NCBI GenBank assembly: GCA_964016885.1 | Contig: OZ024743.1 | Coordinates: 204,228,001 to 204,292,000 of the forward strand | Source of the DNA: Eledone cirrhosa | Taxonomy: Eukaryota | Direction of reading: 5' to 3' | Length of the DNA stretch: 64,000 nt | Part shown: positions 1-14,299 of the stretch, piece by piece | Layout of the letters: each line of letters begins with the position of its first letter | Position numbering within the stretch: position 1 is the first letter of the stretch | The notes under the pieces: generated by a model | The model's input: only the letters and a program-made list of their open reading frames with translations | Told to the model about the DNA's origin: nothing | Database searches by the model: none | Made by a program: the position numbers and the translations under genes

Positions 1-149
1 TGTGTAAATGGTTCTGGGTCTAATTACATTGTGTGCATTTTTCTACAAGTGTCTTCTACTGTATCTTTTGGTTGACCAATAACTTGTGAGTATAATTATG
101 TAAACAGAACAGTATGGAATTCAGCCATATGTATGTTTATATATATATA

Positions 150-180
<31 letters not shown>

Positions 181-185
181 GTGTG
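1..185. repeat. Direct repeat of 15439-15620 (intronic segment next to a host exon)
   Basis: tgtgtaaatggttctgggtc...cagccatatgtatgtttatat is near-identical at both places; similarity ends in a (TA/TG)n tract. Confidence 0.9.
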
Positions 186-189
186 TGAT

Positions 190-1015
190 ATCCCAAGCTC
201 TCTGACTTCGACTGTCCTCCCCCTTCTCAGGAAAAGTCATCTGGAAAACAAGATGTTTGAACACATTTGTTCGTTTGAAAAGGAACTGCAACTTTTTCAG
301 ACTCAGCTGAGGAGAACAGCACTTATTCATTTTCCCAGTCTAGCTGTCAGAAAAGCAGAAATGCCAGATTTGGATTGTTCCAAATATGCTGAATGTGTTG
401 GCAAGTTGCATGCTAAATTTATAAGCAGATTTGCTGATTTCAGGAAATGTGAAACTGAGTTCAAACTGTTTTGTCAGCCATTTGACATGGCACCTGAAGA
501 GACAGTCCTAATTGTTTCCAAATGGAGCTGATATATTTGCAGTCTGATATACACTTGAGAAGAGCATTTGATAACAATGATTTGGTAACTTTCTACAAAA
601 ATTATGTATGTGGTAATCATCGGAATTTGGAGCAACATGCTAGGAAAATGCCAATTTTTTTTTGGCAGCACATATTGTTGTGAGCAGTTCTTTTCAAGAA
701 TGAAATTTACTAGGAATAGATACCGAAGTCAGCTCACTATTGAATATCTGACCAGTCAGCTTCGAGTTGCCACCACATCACATCAGTCAAACCAGACATT
801 GATAAATTGTGGAAAAACACCAAATACCAAGTCTTACGTTGATAAAACTAAATTATATTTTATTTGTTTAAAAATGTTTAAAAATGTATTCACAATGTAT
901 TTATGACTCAATTCACTGGTTTTCATTAGATTACATATTTCTGACAGAGACTGGTCCTAATAGTTGTTCCAATGATCAAAAGTGGCCTGCTAATGGAATA
1001 TGTTGCACACCTCCG
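190..1015 (+). mobile_element. hAT (SPIN/GTF2IRD2-like) DNA transposon remnant, transposase C-terminus with stops/frameshifts
   Basis: Translations FEKELQLF..HFPSL..FISRFADF..LFCQPF and the dimerisation motif FGSTYCCEQFFSRMKFTRNRYRSQLT. Confidence 0.8.
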
Positions 1016-1279
1016 CTTTATACTCTCTTTTTTTTATATATATGTATATATCATAGGTACGTGTACAATCCAATCCAAGAAGAGAGTGTAGAGATTAGTT
1101 TGTGAAAAGGAAATTACAGGAGCAAGGAGGGCAATGTACTCCATGTGTAAAGCATGCAAGATAAGTGTTCAGAGAAGGCAAAATAAACTATAAGCCAAAC
1201 ATTAAATATAAAGGCAAAGCGTAAATATCGACATTATAATTAGAGAAATTCCACCAAAATTCATGAAGAAGTGTTTATT

Positions 1280-1400
1280 AATTTACAATTGTTTCGAAGG
1301 GGAAGGTCAAAATCCAATCTATCAATATTTCAATCGATCAATATTTCAATTACGTGTTATTAAAAGCTAGTACGACCAGATCCTTGTCTTCAGAATATAC
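1280..1400 (-). ncRNA. Hammerhead ribozyme-like motif (PLE pLTR remnant), long stem II
   Basis: Minus strand tatt-CTGAAGA-caagg...cctt-CGAAAC-aatt-GTA-aatt then AATAAA; stems imperfect. Confidence 0.5.
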
Positions 1401-1952
1401 ATCAAGTGTGAAAAACATACCAGTAATTTTACGAAAAGGAAACCATAGTGGGAATCAGCCAGAAGGGTCCCAACATATTTTCTGTTCACAAATTTGGGAT
1501 CAGTATTTCAGTAGCCATTATTATAGAACATTAACGTGACTGAGCATTACGCAAACTTGTGTACCTTTAAGGCAGTTCTCAAGGGGATTCAGCAAGAAAC
1601 AGAATGTGATAATATTAATAACAAAAACAAAAATTAATCATAATGGGTTTATTTTATTTACTAAAAATAGGATGCCATTACAAGCGGATTTTAAAATGAA
1701 TAAAAAAAGAATGTAATGAAAATAAAAATATAAAACTTAAAATGTAAGCATATTATATTGATTACTAACATTGGTACAGAGCCTTAAATTGGGGAAGAGA
1801 ACAATTGATTATATTGATAACGATTATAGGGATTATATTGATATCAGCTTATATAATATAAAATATTGAAATATATATATAAATTAATGTTTTTTAAGCA
1901 ATAGTAAAAAGAATACTTAGTATGGATAACGCAATGAAGTAAACATTTATAC

Positions 1953-2077
1953 CATCTGAAGTGATATTTTTACACTTCTGAGACATGAGATCATGGAAAT
2001 ATTCTTTGAGTACTTTAGTAAACTCCTTTTTGCAATTAAGCTTAACAACGATTTCATCCATTGTTGATTTCAATATT
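1953..2077 (-). CDS. Host exon 4 of a cysteine-rich putative secreted protein (ILKSTMDEIVVKLNC...SQKCKNITSD)
   Basis: Acceptor ttttatttttacag, donor gtataa, 125 nt open, phase 2 in / 1 out, fits exon 3128-3275. Confidence 0.7.
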
Positions 2078-2477
2078 CTGTAAAAATAAAAGTAACATAT
2101 TGAAGATTTTCTTAACTTATGTAGATATTTAAATGAGAAAGTGAAACCTAAAGAATGGTATATTTAGCTAGTCTATGTTTAAAAAAATGTGTGCATATGA
2201 GTGTATATGCTTGTTATGTGAAGATGCATGCATAACTTAGGGATTAGGGCATTTGTACCATGATTGTAAGATTGTATGTTTATTTACCAAGAGCACACTG
2301 TTCCTTTGAGCATTCTCTGTGCTGCATTCAACAAAACTGACAAAACAATTCTTAATTTATAAAGAATTTTCGAAACAGGTAATGACATCTAAAGAATGAT
2401 TCCCTCAAATAATTTAATACAACTTGATGAAAAAAGTATTGAATATTTAATGTTTAAATTAGAATATTATATTTACA

Positions 2478-2866
2478 CCAGGCAATCCAGCGAAGGCTGG
2501 CAAGAAATGTAGCAAGCATGCTCCAATGGATGTGCAATATCAATGTGCATGTACAACCAAGCATGGACGAGTTGAGAGTGAAACTGTGTGTAAGAGGGAT
2601 AAACTGAAGTGTGCGAGAGAGAAGACTGTGTTGGTATGACCATGGGATGTGCATGGAAGATTACTGCAAAGAAATCCCGGGGAAAGGAAAACGCAGAAGA
2701 AGACCATGAAAAACATGGGCGGCGGTTGTGAGAGCTGACCTCAGATTGCTGAATCTCACAGAGAAGATGGCAAAGGACCGTGACGAATGGAGAGATGCTG
2801 TGCTGAAGAGGACATGACCCACTCTTGTAAGCAGGGAAAAGCGGACGTAAAATGATGATGATTATA
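2478..2866 (+). mobile_element. RTE LINE 3' remnant
   Basis: Degenerate MLQWMCN...RRLCWY similarity to the RTE at 25.3-28.4 kb; (ATG)n tail. Confidence 0.75.
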
Positions 2867-3127
2867 ATGAACCCACTGCTACAACTGGTACACACATCTA
2901 TCTACAACCAGATGTATATATATCACTGTGAATTTCATGTGAAACATTTGAAGAGGAGGGTGTACATATTATTGTATATTGCTGTTATATATTATATCAA
3001 TTAGAGAGATGAGAGTCAACCCTGTTGATATCCAAATGCAGAATATTCTGGTTTCTGCCTAATTACTGTAAAATTCTACAGCATATCTGAATCAAGAATT
3101 ATTTAGAAATAACTTTTCTCTACATAC

Positions 3128-3275
3128 GGACAATATTTTTCGTAGTATTGCGGTTTTGAGATCTCTTTCATTTGCACTTGCTTCATTAAGGGCATTGATT
3201 TGTTGCTATATACCATCATTATAGGTTCAATATTCTTTGCGTTGTTTATTAAACAAGGTGTTCCTTGAATCATAA
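3128..3275 (-). CDS. Host exon 3 (MIQGTPCLINN...QYYEKYC)
   Basis: Acceptor tttctcatttctatttcag, donor gtatgt, 148 nt open, phase 1 in / 2 out. Confidence 0.7.
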
Positions 3276-5694
3276 CTGAAATAGAAATGAGAAAAATGTG
3301 ATCAACATTAATATTTTAATAAGTTTCTTGAAATCGTGTGTGTGTGTCAACTCTCCCAGTCCGATGGGGACATCTCCCACCCACTTTAGGGTAGGTGAGA
3401 GATCTCTTCTCTTGCGAAAATGGGTATAGCTTTCATTATTTTTTTTCATGGTACTCCCCGTTTGGATTTTTAGAGGTTGACAGATATGAGTGGGCAATGA
3501 TGCTTTGCAAATATAGCTCAAGTTTTTCAATTTCAAGGGCTCAGCAATTGTTGTTATAAAAGTAGAAGAGGCAGAGATGATGCAGAATAGTATTTGTAGA
3601 TTCAGCATCTGCCAGTCAGTTGGAGAAGAATCTGTAAGTTTTTTTTTTATTAATAAGTAAAGTGCATTCTTGTTTTGTTTTGGTATAAAGAGTGAATAGG
3701 TATTAAATATATTGAGACTAGTGCCACATTTCTAGTGGATGACATTTTCAAATAGTGTTTGTTTAATTAAAATCCTTGTGTATTATCATTTATATGGACA
3801 GGGTTAACATGAATTAAATCTTTTGTGTATAGAAAGACTATTCAGAGATATATAACTGAATTGTATGACAAACCAGAGTTAATAAAATATGGCTCAGATA
3901 GATTAGAGCCATCTGGTAAGAAATTTCCAATACATATGTGACATGAACAACACAAAAAGACAGACATGAATGCAGGGATACACAGAGTCACATGTGGCTT
4001 TACTTTACTGCACCTTTGATTGCAGGCATGTGTATTTAATACATTTTATGCAGTTATTTTTTCTTCACCAGCAGCTCATGTATTCTTGCTGGAATTTTAA
4101 TCTTAAAACTTGACCATTATACTTACTAGCAGAAAAACGACCCTTCAGGTGGTTTTCTGCTAGCATGTGTAGTATGCATATGCGAATATACATGCATGTA
4201 GATATGATACTTCAAATAAAACAGAAATTGAATAGAGACTGTGTTACACTCTCTTCTGTAATCAGTAAAGTAATCCATGATACATTTAATAAAGACGATA
4301 TTATATATAAATTGCATTACGGTGAAATTTTATGAAAACAAAAAGGAGAAAATTAGTGCCAGAAATATAAAACTTATATAACAATGCAAATATATGAACG
4401 TTTACATAAGCGATCTAATAAGTGTTATGACATAACAGATGCTAAGCAGAAGTGTAGACATTTGAAAATTTTAAAAGAAGTGAATCTTAGAATAAACAAT
4501 CATTATATATAAGAAAATTTATGTTTAATTAACAGCTACGAAATTTAGTACAAAAATTATGTAATATTCATCCATTATTTAATCAAATTAATCTAAGTTA
4601 TTTTACTAACAGGATAAAAACATATATTCATGATGCAGTCCCGCACTCCTCCTTTTATTTTATTATGATACTTCATAAGTCACGTGTTTATGATGTGCAT
4701 ATGCCATTTATATGGTAGTGCTTTTGATATAAGTAACCGTTCCATGATTAAATGACTATTTAACCATTAAATGTGAAATTTACATGAAAGTCTCAAATAC
4801 CTGAATTATGAAGTAAAGAAATATTAATTGAAATTCAAATTGAAAGAAAGCATTCATGAAATTTAATCAGTAATGAATTTAAAGTTCGAAATAAATTAAC
4901 ATTCAGGTACATCAGCTAAATAAAAAACATGCGATTGTTTTATCTTATATACAACTGCTTTTATATTGTACTTTGGATTATTTTATTTAGAAATTTATGA
5001 TTATATATGTAAAACATTTAGTGTATTTTTGACCATTTTTATTTTTTTCCCTCTCTCCGAGTGTGAAAACTGACACTTAATTATCTCACATAATATCGAA
5101 TCTATGAGATTTTGATATTATTTATTTTGAAAACAATATAAATATTAGCAACCGGTTACACCCAGTTACAGCCAGTTTGAACAGTAAGAAGTGAGAGAAT
5201 TCTGGTTGAATACAGCTATTTTGAATGCTGAATAATGAAGTTGTATACAATTTGTATACATGTTTAACCTGTTTTTATAGTTTCCATGTAAATCTCAATC
5301 TTCATGTTGCAACTTGTGTTTATAATGAATCCTTCATTGAAAGCCAGAGTGGCAAATACATTAAATCATCTATCTATTTATATACTACTAAAACTCTGTG
5401 ATTGTTTGCTTGCTTGTCTGTAATGTAATACAGCAAAAAGTGTGCATAATGGGAAAATACTTTGAAAGGAAGTTGACCCTCAAATGGGAATACAAATGAA
5501 ATAAATCAAATTTCGCGTAAATCGGAGGACAAGTTCCTAAGATATGGGATTTTTCCGGGTACCTTCAGAAACAGAGAGAGAGAGAGAAAGAGATAGTAGT
5601 TGTGAGAGAGTAAATTGAAAGAGAGACATAGCGAGAGGGAGAGGAGACAGGGAAGGAGAATGGAAGAGAAAGAGAGAGCTGTAGTGTTGTTGTA

Positions 5695-5725
<31 letters not shown>

Positions 5726-6689
5726 GAGTAAGTTAAACAATTTTTCACTTCTTATTGTGTTTTTCTTTTGATATGCACTCTTTTTCCTGCTACTAATTTT
5801 GTCTTTTAAGTTGTGAATTAGACTGGTTATCTACGCACGTGGCTGACACATTTCAGCTCGCTACTATATTGGTATATAATGGATGATCGCATTTAATGTC
5901 CGTTAAAGGTTCTGGGCACTACCATTGTTACCATCGCTTTCCTCTAGCCATGGAGCTTGGAGACATGAATCGAATGCTACCATTCTATTTTATATCAATG
6001 TGAACTGCTATTTCTAATAGCCATCTTTTCACCCCTTGATAATTTGTGTGTGAGACACGTTTGCTGAGGGCTTCTGACAGGAACTAATAGATTGATTCTT
6101 TTTAGCTTCCCGTCCCCACGTAAAATTTGTAGATCAGTGGCTAGTTGAGAGATAGAGTCCTATCAGTTGCCAGTTAATCGCTTTACCATGTCGGTTGTCA
6201 CAAACAGTCATGACCGGCACGGGCCGGTGTTTGGATTTTGTTGATCGATTGTTTATTGATTAGGCGATACCCGCTGATGAAGCCGCATAAGCCGATTGCG
6301 TATTGTTGCATAATATATGCAGACAGATGGTGCAGTGCACCTTACTGCTGCATTAATGCTGCAGAACTCGAGTCCGGGAACCTTATAGGCACCCGTTTTA
6401 CGTGTGTTGTGTTGAGGCAAATAACTATGTGTATACTCTGGTAATGTATCTTGCATTGCCCATTGAGTGCGCTGAGATACAACCGGTACTGGCATTGATA
6501 AATATGCTGGGTCCGTCAACCCTTATTATATATATATATATATGTGTGTAGGAGGTGAGTTTTATTGTAGTACAATAAAGCAATGCAGATATCGGATAAG
6601 AAGCACTCTACAGTTTGTAGGACTGGAGTATACATAATATAAGATCAAAAGATGGTTAAAGGAGTTCCATGTATTTTATTATGCGCCTA

Positions 6690-8860
6690 GTACAATTCGA
6701 GGAAGAATTAACTAAAATAATAAAAAATCTTAAATTCAAGAGATACCCTTACAAAGGACAAGAGCACCTTGTAAATCTCAAGAACACAATCTCTAACCTA
6801 AATTCCTCAAAAAATGTTTTAGTCCACTCTGACAAAACCAATAACTTATATCGTATTTCCAAGGATAATTATAACAACCTTATCCTAAAGGAACTTAGGA
6901 AAAAGTATCGTAAAACCAACCATGAAAATTTAGAATACATAAACCTTGAAGCCTCTGAGATTATGTCAAAACTTGGCATTGAAAAAAAGACCGAACCATT
7001 CCTCCCAAGAACTCCGAGGATAAATCTCAAGGATTACAAAAACAATTTTCGCACTGAACTACCTGTTAGATTAATCGCCCCCTCTAAATCTGATCTGGGG
7101 GTTGTTAGTAAAGCCATCTTGGATAGAATTATCCCACAGGTTAGTTCTAATTGCTCTTCTTTGAACCTAAATTTATGGTTTGGTACTTCTGAGGTGATTG
7201 GCTGGTTCAACAAATTGGATAATAAAAACAAACTAAAATTTATTCAATTTGATATTGCCAGCTACTATTCCTCCATTTCGCCTTCACTTCTCAATAATGC
7301 TCTATCTTTCGCACTTAAATATTCTGACATCACCACAGATGAACTTCACATCATCCTCACCGCACGTAAAACCATCCTAGAGCTCAACAACGAATATTGG
7401 ACCAGAGCCGATACCTCTAACAACTTCGACATCACAATGGGAGCATCCGATTCATCCCAATTGACTGATTTAATTGGTATCTTCATTTTGAACTCTTTGA
7501 GTCGGAAAATTCCTCAACTTCGCGGTGGAATTTATCGTGACGATGGACTCTTTACTATCCTAAATTGCAATATAGTTAACCTTAATATTATTAAGAACAA
7601 TATACGTAATCTCTTTAACCAACATAACCTAAAAATTGAATTTGATAATAGTATCAAACTAGCTAATGTCTTGGATGTATCTCTTAATCTTGACACTGGC
7701 CTATATTACCCTTACCATAAAAACAATGAGAACCTAAATTATGTTAACTTTAAATCTAACCATCCTACCAATATCAAGAATGCTATAGTTAGTAATATTG
7801 GAAAAAGAATATCTAACATATCCTCTAACAAAAACATCTTTGATGCTAACGCCAATTACTATAATAACGCACTTTCTAAAGCCGGCTATCCAGATAAAAT
7901 CAAATATAGTAAAGAAACAAATTCTAGAAAAACTTACAGTAGAATAATTAATCATGATCATTCCAATAATTTTAATAAAAGACCTAGATACAAAAACATA
8001 ATCTGGTATAATGCTCCTTTCTCCATCTCTATTAATAACAATATTCCTAAATTATTTTGTAGTGCCTTAAATAAATGCTTCCCTCCCTCACATATCTATA
8101 GTAAAATATTTAACAAACACACCATCAAATTTTCTTATTCTACATCCTCCAATATTTCCAACATCATCTCTAAACACAACAATAAAATACTAAATACTAA
8201 ATCTCTTCCTTCCAATTTTATAATAACAGTAATAGTACTCCCGACGTCATTGTAAACCCTAGGCTAACTTCTGTAAACCCAAATACAACGTCAAACACAA
8301 CTTCGCTAAATGTTCATAATCCAACTCTAAATCAAGAAACTATTATTCCTATTATTCCTATCGCAAACAACTTCTACAATCCAATTCCTTCTATAGATAA
8401 CACTAGGTCACTCATTAATAATCTCTCTAATTGCAACTGCCGCATTAAAAATAAATGTCCTCTCAACAACCATTGTCTCGATAAAAACTTAATTTATGAA
8501 TGTAAAATTATAACTAGCACCAATTCCTTCACCTATTTTGGCTCCACTTGCACCTCTTTTAAAGCTCGTCTCTATAATCATCATTCATCTTTCAAATACA
8601 AACTTAAAAGAACCAACACTGCTCTCTCAGAACTCATATGGTCCTTAAAAGACAAAAACATTAAATATACCATCTTTTGGAAGAAGGTTTCTTCTGCATC
8701 CTCATACTTGAACAGCTCTCTATCTAAAATCTGTAATCTCTGCCTAAATGAAAAATTTACCATTATCTCTAACCTAGATTCTATAATAAATAGACGTACA
8801 GATTTGTTTTCTATCTGCCTGCATAAATTCCATAGGACTTTTCACAAAGTATACAGTTAA
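6690..8860 (+). pseudogene. PLE RT + GIY-YIG endonuclease, frameshifted near 8215
   Basis: HSDKT, QFDIASYY, MGA, IYRDDG, SNHP, WYNAP; then CNC...CPL, LIYEC...TYFGST, CNLC. Confidence 0.9.
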
Positions 8861-9888
8861 TATTCAATTCTTTATCAATTTAGAATCTTTTCTCAAAGGC
8901 ACATATACATACACCTCTTTAAAATATACCCATCTTCCTACCTTACTTTAAAGGGCATTATACACTCTATAATACTTGTTTACTCATTACCCTCATTCTA
9001 TCTTCACCTTGTAAAATCCTTCATAACATATACATTTGTTTTTTTGACGTTAGAATATTCATCCGCAATTATTATTATTTTTTCTCTCTATCATAAATCT
9101 TTTTAATCTCAATTTCATCCTTAATTTATTATTTTTTTTCTCCCCATCAACGAACTCATTCTTAATACATATTAACTCTTTATTCGCATATATTATCAAT
9201 TCCTTCAATATACAAACTTTAACTTCACATTATTTTTCTCAAATCCTTCTACACACAAACCTTAATAATTTTTCTCTTCGTTAATTTTGAAATTGCCACA
9301 ATACTTATCAACATACACTTTTTTTGACGTTAGAATATTCATCCACAATTATTATTTTTTCTCTCTATCTTCATACATAAATTCCCTTCGTTAATTTTCA
9401 AATTCCTTTAATTTATACATTATCTTCCAACGGTTCTCAACCTCTCTATGTAAAACTATATATCTTTTTCTCAGTTATAAAAACTATCTCTTTCTCTCTA
9501 TCACCCATCTCTCCCTCTCCACCTTCACTCTCATCTCCTCCCCCTTTTTTCATCCTCCCCCCCCCCTCCCTAAATAAAATATTATTTCCTCGCACATATC
9601 CTCCCTTCGTTAATTTTCAAATTTTTTTAATTTATACATTATCTTCCAAAGGTTTTCAACCTCTCTATGTAAAACAATATATCTCCTCTCAGTTATAAAA
9701 ACTATCTCTTTCTCTCTATCACCCACCTCTCCCTCTCATCTCCTCCCCTTTTTCATCCTTTCCACCCCCCCCTCTCTAAATAAAATATTTTTCCCAATAT
9801 CACACATCAATCTAAAACCACTTTCATATGTTGATTTAAAACTGCACTATCCACAAGTGTTTTTTAGCCTTCATATCATGTTCTCCTG

Positions 9889-9955
9889 TTTTATCTGATG
9901 AAAACACAAATATTATTGCATGATGATGTTTGTTTTTGATATGCGCATAATAAAA
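9889..9955 (+). ncRNA. Hammerhead ribozyme in the 3' pLTR, probably inactive (GAAA to GATA)
   Basis: ttttat-CTGATGA-aaacacaaa...tttgttttt-GATA-TGCGCA-TA-ataaaa; intact sister copy at 57196-57262. Confidence 0.7.
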
Positions 9956-9987
9956 TACATGGAGCTCCTTTAACCATCTTTTGATCT

Positions 9988-10081
<94 letters not shown>

Positions 10082-10150
10082 CTATGACCAGTGTACATAG
10101 ATCACAGACACCCACATATATATATATATATATACACGCACACACACATA

Positions 10151-10697
10151 CATTATCATCATCATCATCATTTAACATCCTTCTTCCACGCTATGGGTTG
10201 GACGGTTTTGTCCCACTTGAGGCGAGATTGGTCAGGAGACCGTGTCTCGCTGGTACAGAACTGTCGCTGGCAGGTTTTCTATGGCTGGATGCCCTTCCTA
10301 ACACCAACCACATTTACAGTATGGACTGGCATCCTTTTTACCGTGTCTCCTACATGACCACTTTACAGTGTGGACTGGGTGCTTCTTGTTGTGTCACCTA
10401 CACGACCGCTTTACAGTGGATGGAAATAGGAGGATGGAGTAGGGGATGTGGCCTGGGGTGTATATTGGGTTAAGAGGTGCCTACTGACTGTAGGTTTAAG
10501 TTTGTATGCAAGGGAAGGGGTGTTTTCTGTATAACTGCATAGCGCCAAAGATCTCGATCCAATGATATTGTCTTAGAGAGGTGTAAGTGAGCAAGGTCAG
10601 TTTTTATCAACTCGTCCCAAGTTTTTCTTGGTCTAAGCACTCCGTAACTTCCATCAATTTTGATCGCCCTGCACATTTTTATACAACTGTTGTCCTA
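10151..10697 (-). mobile_element. RTE LINE 3' remnant
   Basis: CRAIKIDG...RPRKTWDELIKTDL; 3' UTR and (ATG)n tail similar to 25334-25800. Confidence 0.85.
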
Positions 10698-11322
10698 CAC
10701 CAGGAGAAAGGTAGGAACAGCTGTAAAAATGCATCATGATCAACATATATAGAAAGTAGAAAGAGCCACATCTGTTGAAGCATAACAATATCTGTAGAAA
10801 CATACAAACACCTGTAGAAAGATAGCAGCATATATAAAAAGTTGTACTTATATTTAACTATAAAGTATCATAGAAAACATTGATTTTTTCACACTAGTAG
10901 AGAAGTGATTAGATAGAGCTCAATATTTTACTGGTAAATATATTTTATTGTCTCAGGAGGACTAAAAGCCAAATATACACCTATTATGATTTGCAGCACA
11001 GAAATATAAAAAGTCATGCCTCAATTAAACACTGTATCTAAGATGGGAAATATTGATTCGTTCTGACTAGAGAAAGAGTATAATCAACTAATTTTACTCT
11101 GGGATATTACAGGTGAAGGCACATTTAAGCAAGATACTTTATTTCATGCTGCTCCTTCTGCCTGGATTTGTGACCAGTATATAGTATTAGCAATTGGAAA
11201 GACCAATAGAAACATTGTTTTCTCAGTCCGATTTGACAAGGTTTGCGATCTTGTTGATCGACTGTCGATATTACAGGTATTTATTCTAGTAATACTCAGG
11301 AGTGGATGGGTGTGGAGGCAAT

Positions 11323-11530
11323 TACTGGATATACTCGAATATAAGCCAATTCAAATATATGCTGACCCCTTATTTTATGTCTGAGAAATAGGTGAAAATC
11401 CAAACCCTGCTTATAAACTGATGCAGCTAATCAACACATTGTTTAGATGGCGTATATAAGCCAACCACCCATTTTACCACAGATTTTTTTTTATACATAT
11501 TCCTCAATTTATATTTGAGTATATATGGTA
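11323..11530. mobile_element. Tc1/mariner (pogo/Tigger-like) MITE, degenerate
   Basis: Terminal inverted repeats tactggatatactcgaatataa / ttatatttgagtatatatggta with TA ends. Confidence 0.6.
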
Positions 11531-12531
11531 AATATGAGCTCAGAATGAAGAAAGATGTAAGTAAATATTTTAATTCTAAGTTTTGGAGAAATGATATATA
11601 TACTAATTCAAGATGGACTACAAACAATACAAACATGAAGAACAGTAATGAGATATACCAACAAAGCAATGGCGGTATCAGGAAATCAATGAGATGAACT
11701 AATGATAAACTAATCAACTGATTAACAAGACAGAAACGTCTGGTGGAGAACTTGTAAATTAAATAAGGAAACTAGCAACAGAATTATACCAGAGTAGACA
11801 AAAAGACATTACTGAGAGTGAGAAAAAATTGTCAGAGCACTATAATAAATTTAATGATATAAGGATATGATATATTGAAATAATGATAACATACAATGAT
11901 ATAACAACAACAACAATAATAATAATGGTTTCTCATTTAGGCACAAGGCCAATGTGTATACACACACATTTATATATATATATACACACACGTATATATA
12001 TGGGCCTTCCAGTTTCATTTCACATTATATACATGTCTGTGTACATTTTAATTATTCAAAAATTAATTTTAAGTGAACATGATTTTTTTAAATATTTTGA
12101 AGAGAACGTGGTCCAACGGGTCATAGGTGGTCTAGATATTATTATTATTTATTTACCAAAACAATCTGGCTTATTTATAGAAGCTCCACTGAAGATTTCT
12201 CTCCCCTATCTCACATCCATAATGAATCTAGGCCACGTAGAGACTGGTGGAGTCTATGTGCATTTCCTCTATTCATACCAGTAAGTTCAGTTAACCACGA
12301 AATAGCAAAGCACACAGTTATTCAGCATGTTCTACAATGTTAAGACTACTCACAACAGTGATAATTTGCTGCCATACCATACTTACATACAAATAGCTTC
12401 AATGTACATTTGAAAGTGAAGTGTTTGGTCAGCGATGGTTTGAAAAAAACATCTGTCACACTATCTATGGTAGATATGTGCTGATTAAAACAACAATAAC
12501 AAGAGCATAAACAAGAAAAGTAAGGTCTTAC

Positions 12532-12674
12532 CATCCCTATTTTTACACAATTTCTCTGTGGCAACCATTAAATTGAGATTGATTCCGTATAATTCCATGA
12601 ATTCCTTAATTTCATTGCACGCAGTAAAATCTTTTATGCAAGTAGTCAATGTTTTCTTTTGAATTCCATCCGTA
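12532..12674 (-). CDS. Host exon 2 (TDGIQKKTLTTCIKDFTAC...EKLCKNRD)
   Basis: Acceptor tctgtttctag, donor gtaaga, 143 nt open, phase 2 in / 1 out. Confidence 0.7.
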
Positions 12675-13018
12675 CTAGAAACAGATTTAAAGTTAGACTG
12701 AAATGCATGTGACTTGATTTGATTTCTAGTTTCATGTATGCATGATCTGTGTTAGCATTAAGAAAAACACCAGAGAGACAAATGATCAACCAAATTATAC
12801 AATTTGTAATATTTGCCGTGAGAAATAGTACAGGTAGAAAATATAAAGCTTCAAGTATTCCCCACTGCAGACAACGTATTTCGAAACATCATTTAGATGT
12901 CATTAATTTAAGTATTAGCAACACATTGAAGTCAATTTAATCTACTAAACGTGTCTTCTACCAAACTTTAACTTCCTAGACATTAATTTAGATCTAAGTC
13001 CATGCACAAACAGACAGA

Positions 13019-13251
13019 AAGTTGCATATTTGTACAAATAGTGATAAAAATAATAGTAAAAACAAAAAGGGGAAGAAAAATAAATTTTCATATACATGTT
13101 CATATACTGTCACAACCAAGCTACTAACAGAGATGGATGGACAGAGAAATGAACTCTCTTCTCTGAATGAACATGTATGTGAAAATAAATTTTCCTTCCC
13201 CTTTTATTTTTTATTATTATTTTTATCACTATTTGTACAAATATGCAACTT
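13019..13251. repeat. Inverted repeat (~85 bp arms)
   Basis: aagttgcatatttgtacaaatagtgataaaaa... / ...tttttatcactatttgtacaaatatgcaactt. Confidence 0.8.
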
Positions 13252-13391
13252 AACAATATTCTGCATATCCGCATTTGACAATGCATATGATGCTGAAACC
13301 GATATTGTAAATAAGTTAATGTTTTGATATTTCACTGAAAAAATCTCTTCAACATTTTCAACTGAAAAAATGTTTTTCCTTTCTACTATTT

Positions 13392-13436
<45 letters not shown>

Positions 13437-13633
13437 GATGGGTTTATGTCTTGGTTTTTTCTTGCTAGATATAAGGCGGTGATCTGGAGAGTAAGTGATT
13501 CTCTCAGAGAAGCCGCTGTTGCTTAGGGCTGACATTTTGTCATTGAATAAATCCGCTACTGTGTGGAAATTTAGGAGTGGCTCTTCCTGTTGTTGTTTTG
13601 CTATATAATAAATGTATATATTATATATATATA

Positions 13634-14163
13634 CATCATCATCATCACCATTTAACGTCCATTTTCCACGCTAGCATGAGTTAGATGGGTTTTTCCATTA
13701 GAGGCAAGTCAGATCAGGTGACTATGTCTTACTCATATAGAACTGTTTCTGGCTAGATTTCTATGGTTGGATGTCCTTCCTAACGCCAACCAGATTTACA
13801 GTATGTGCTGGATGCTTTGTTGGGGCATGGGAGATGTATGGAAGGAGGTATAGTGGTTAAGATTGTATGTATTACTGCATAATGCCAACATTTTGATCCT
13901 GTATCATTGTCTTTGATGTCAGCTTTTATCACCTCATACCAGGTCTTCCTACTTCATAGCTTCTATCAACTTTGATTGCCCTGCACATTCTTTTACAGAT
14001 GTCACCCTTCATATGCATCACATCACCATACCAACACAATCTATTCTCTAGCTTACTGCATCTGATCCCTCTTAAGCCTAATTTCTCTCTCAGTTCATTT
14101 ACGTTTTGCCGTTCGTGTATATTACTATCACATATCCATCAAAGCATGCAAGCATCATCTGTT
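13634..14163 (-). mobile_element. RTE LINE 3' remnant
   Basis: Degenerate MLWWIC...LRGIRC...LCWYG and (ATG)n tail. Confidence 0.8.
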
Positions 14164-14299
14164 AGGGATTGATTAAAATGCAACTTCCATGGTCCACCAA
14201 CAAACAGATTTTAGCTTTGTTGCCATGTCACACCTCTGCTACTCAAGCACATTGAACAGCTTTCATTAATAATAAGTGGAGATAAGCTATATATATAAC

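Larger units (their letters stand above)
6549..9992 (+). mobile_element. Penelope-like element (Naiad-type), 5'-truncated, with inverted 5' pLTR and 3' pLTR
   Basis: RT + GIY-YIG ORF; 6640-6686 is the reverse complement of 9943-9990; both ends in (TA)n. Confidence 0.9.

Noticed and set aside
6270-6495. Hammerhead (CTGATGA ... GAGATAC..CCGGTA)
   Set aside because: GAAA box is mutated and stem I is poor; at best a decayed pLTR
12147-12481. Additional host exons after 12532
   Set aside because: The phase-compatible frame has stops, and exon 12532-12674 already splices cleanly to 3128-3275
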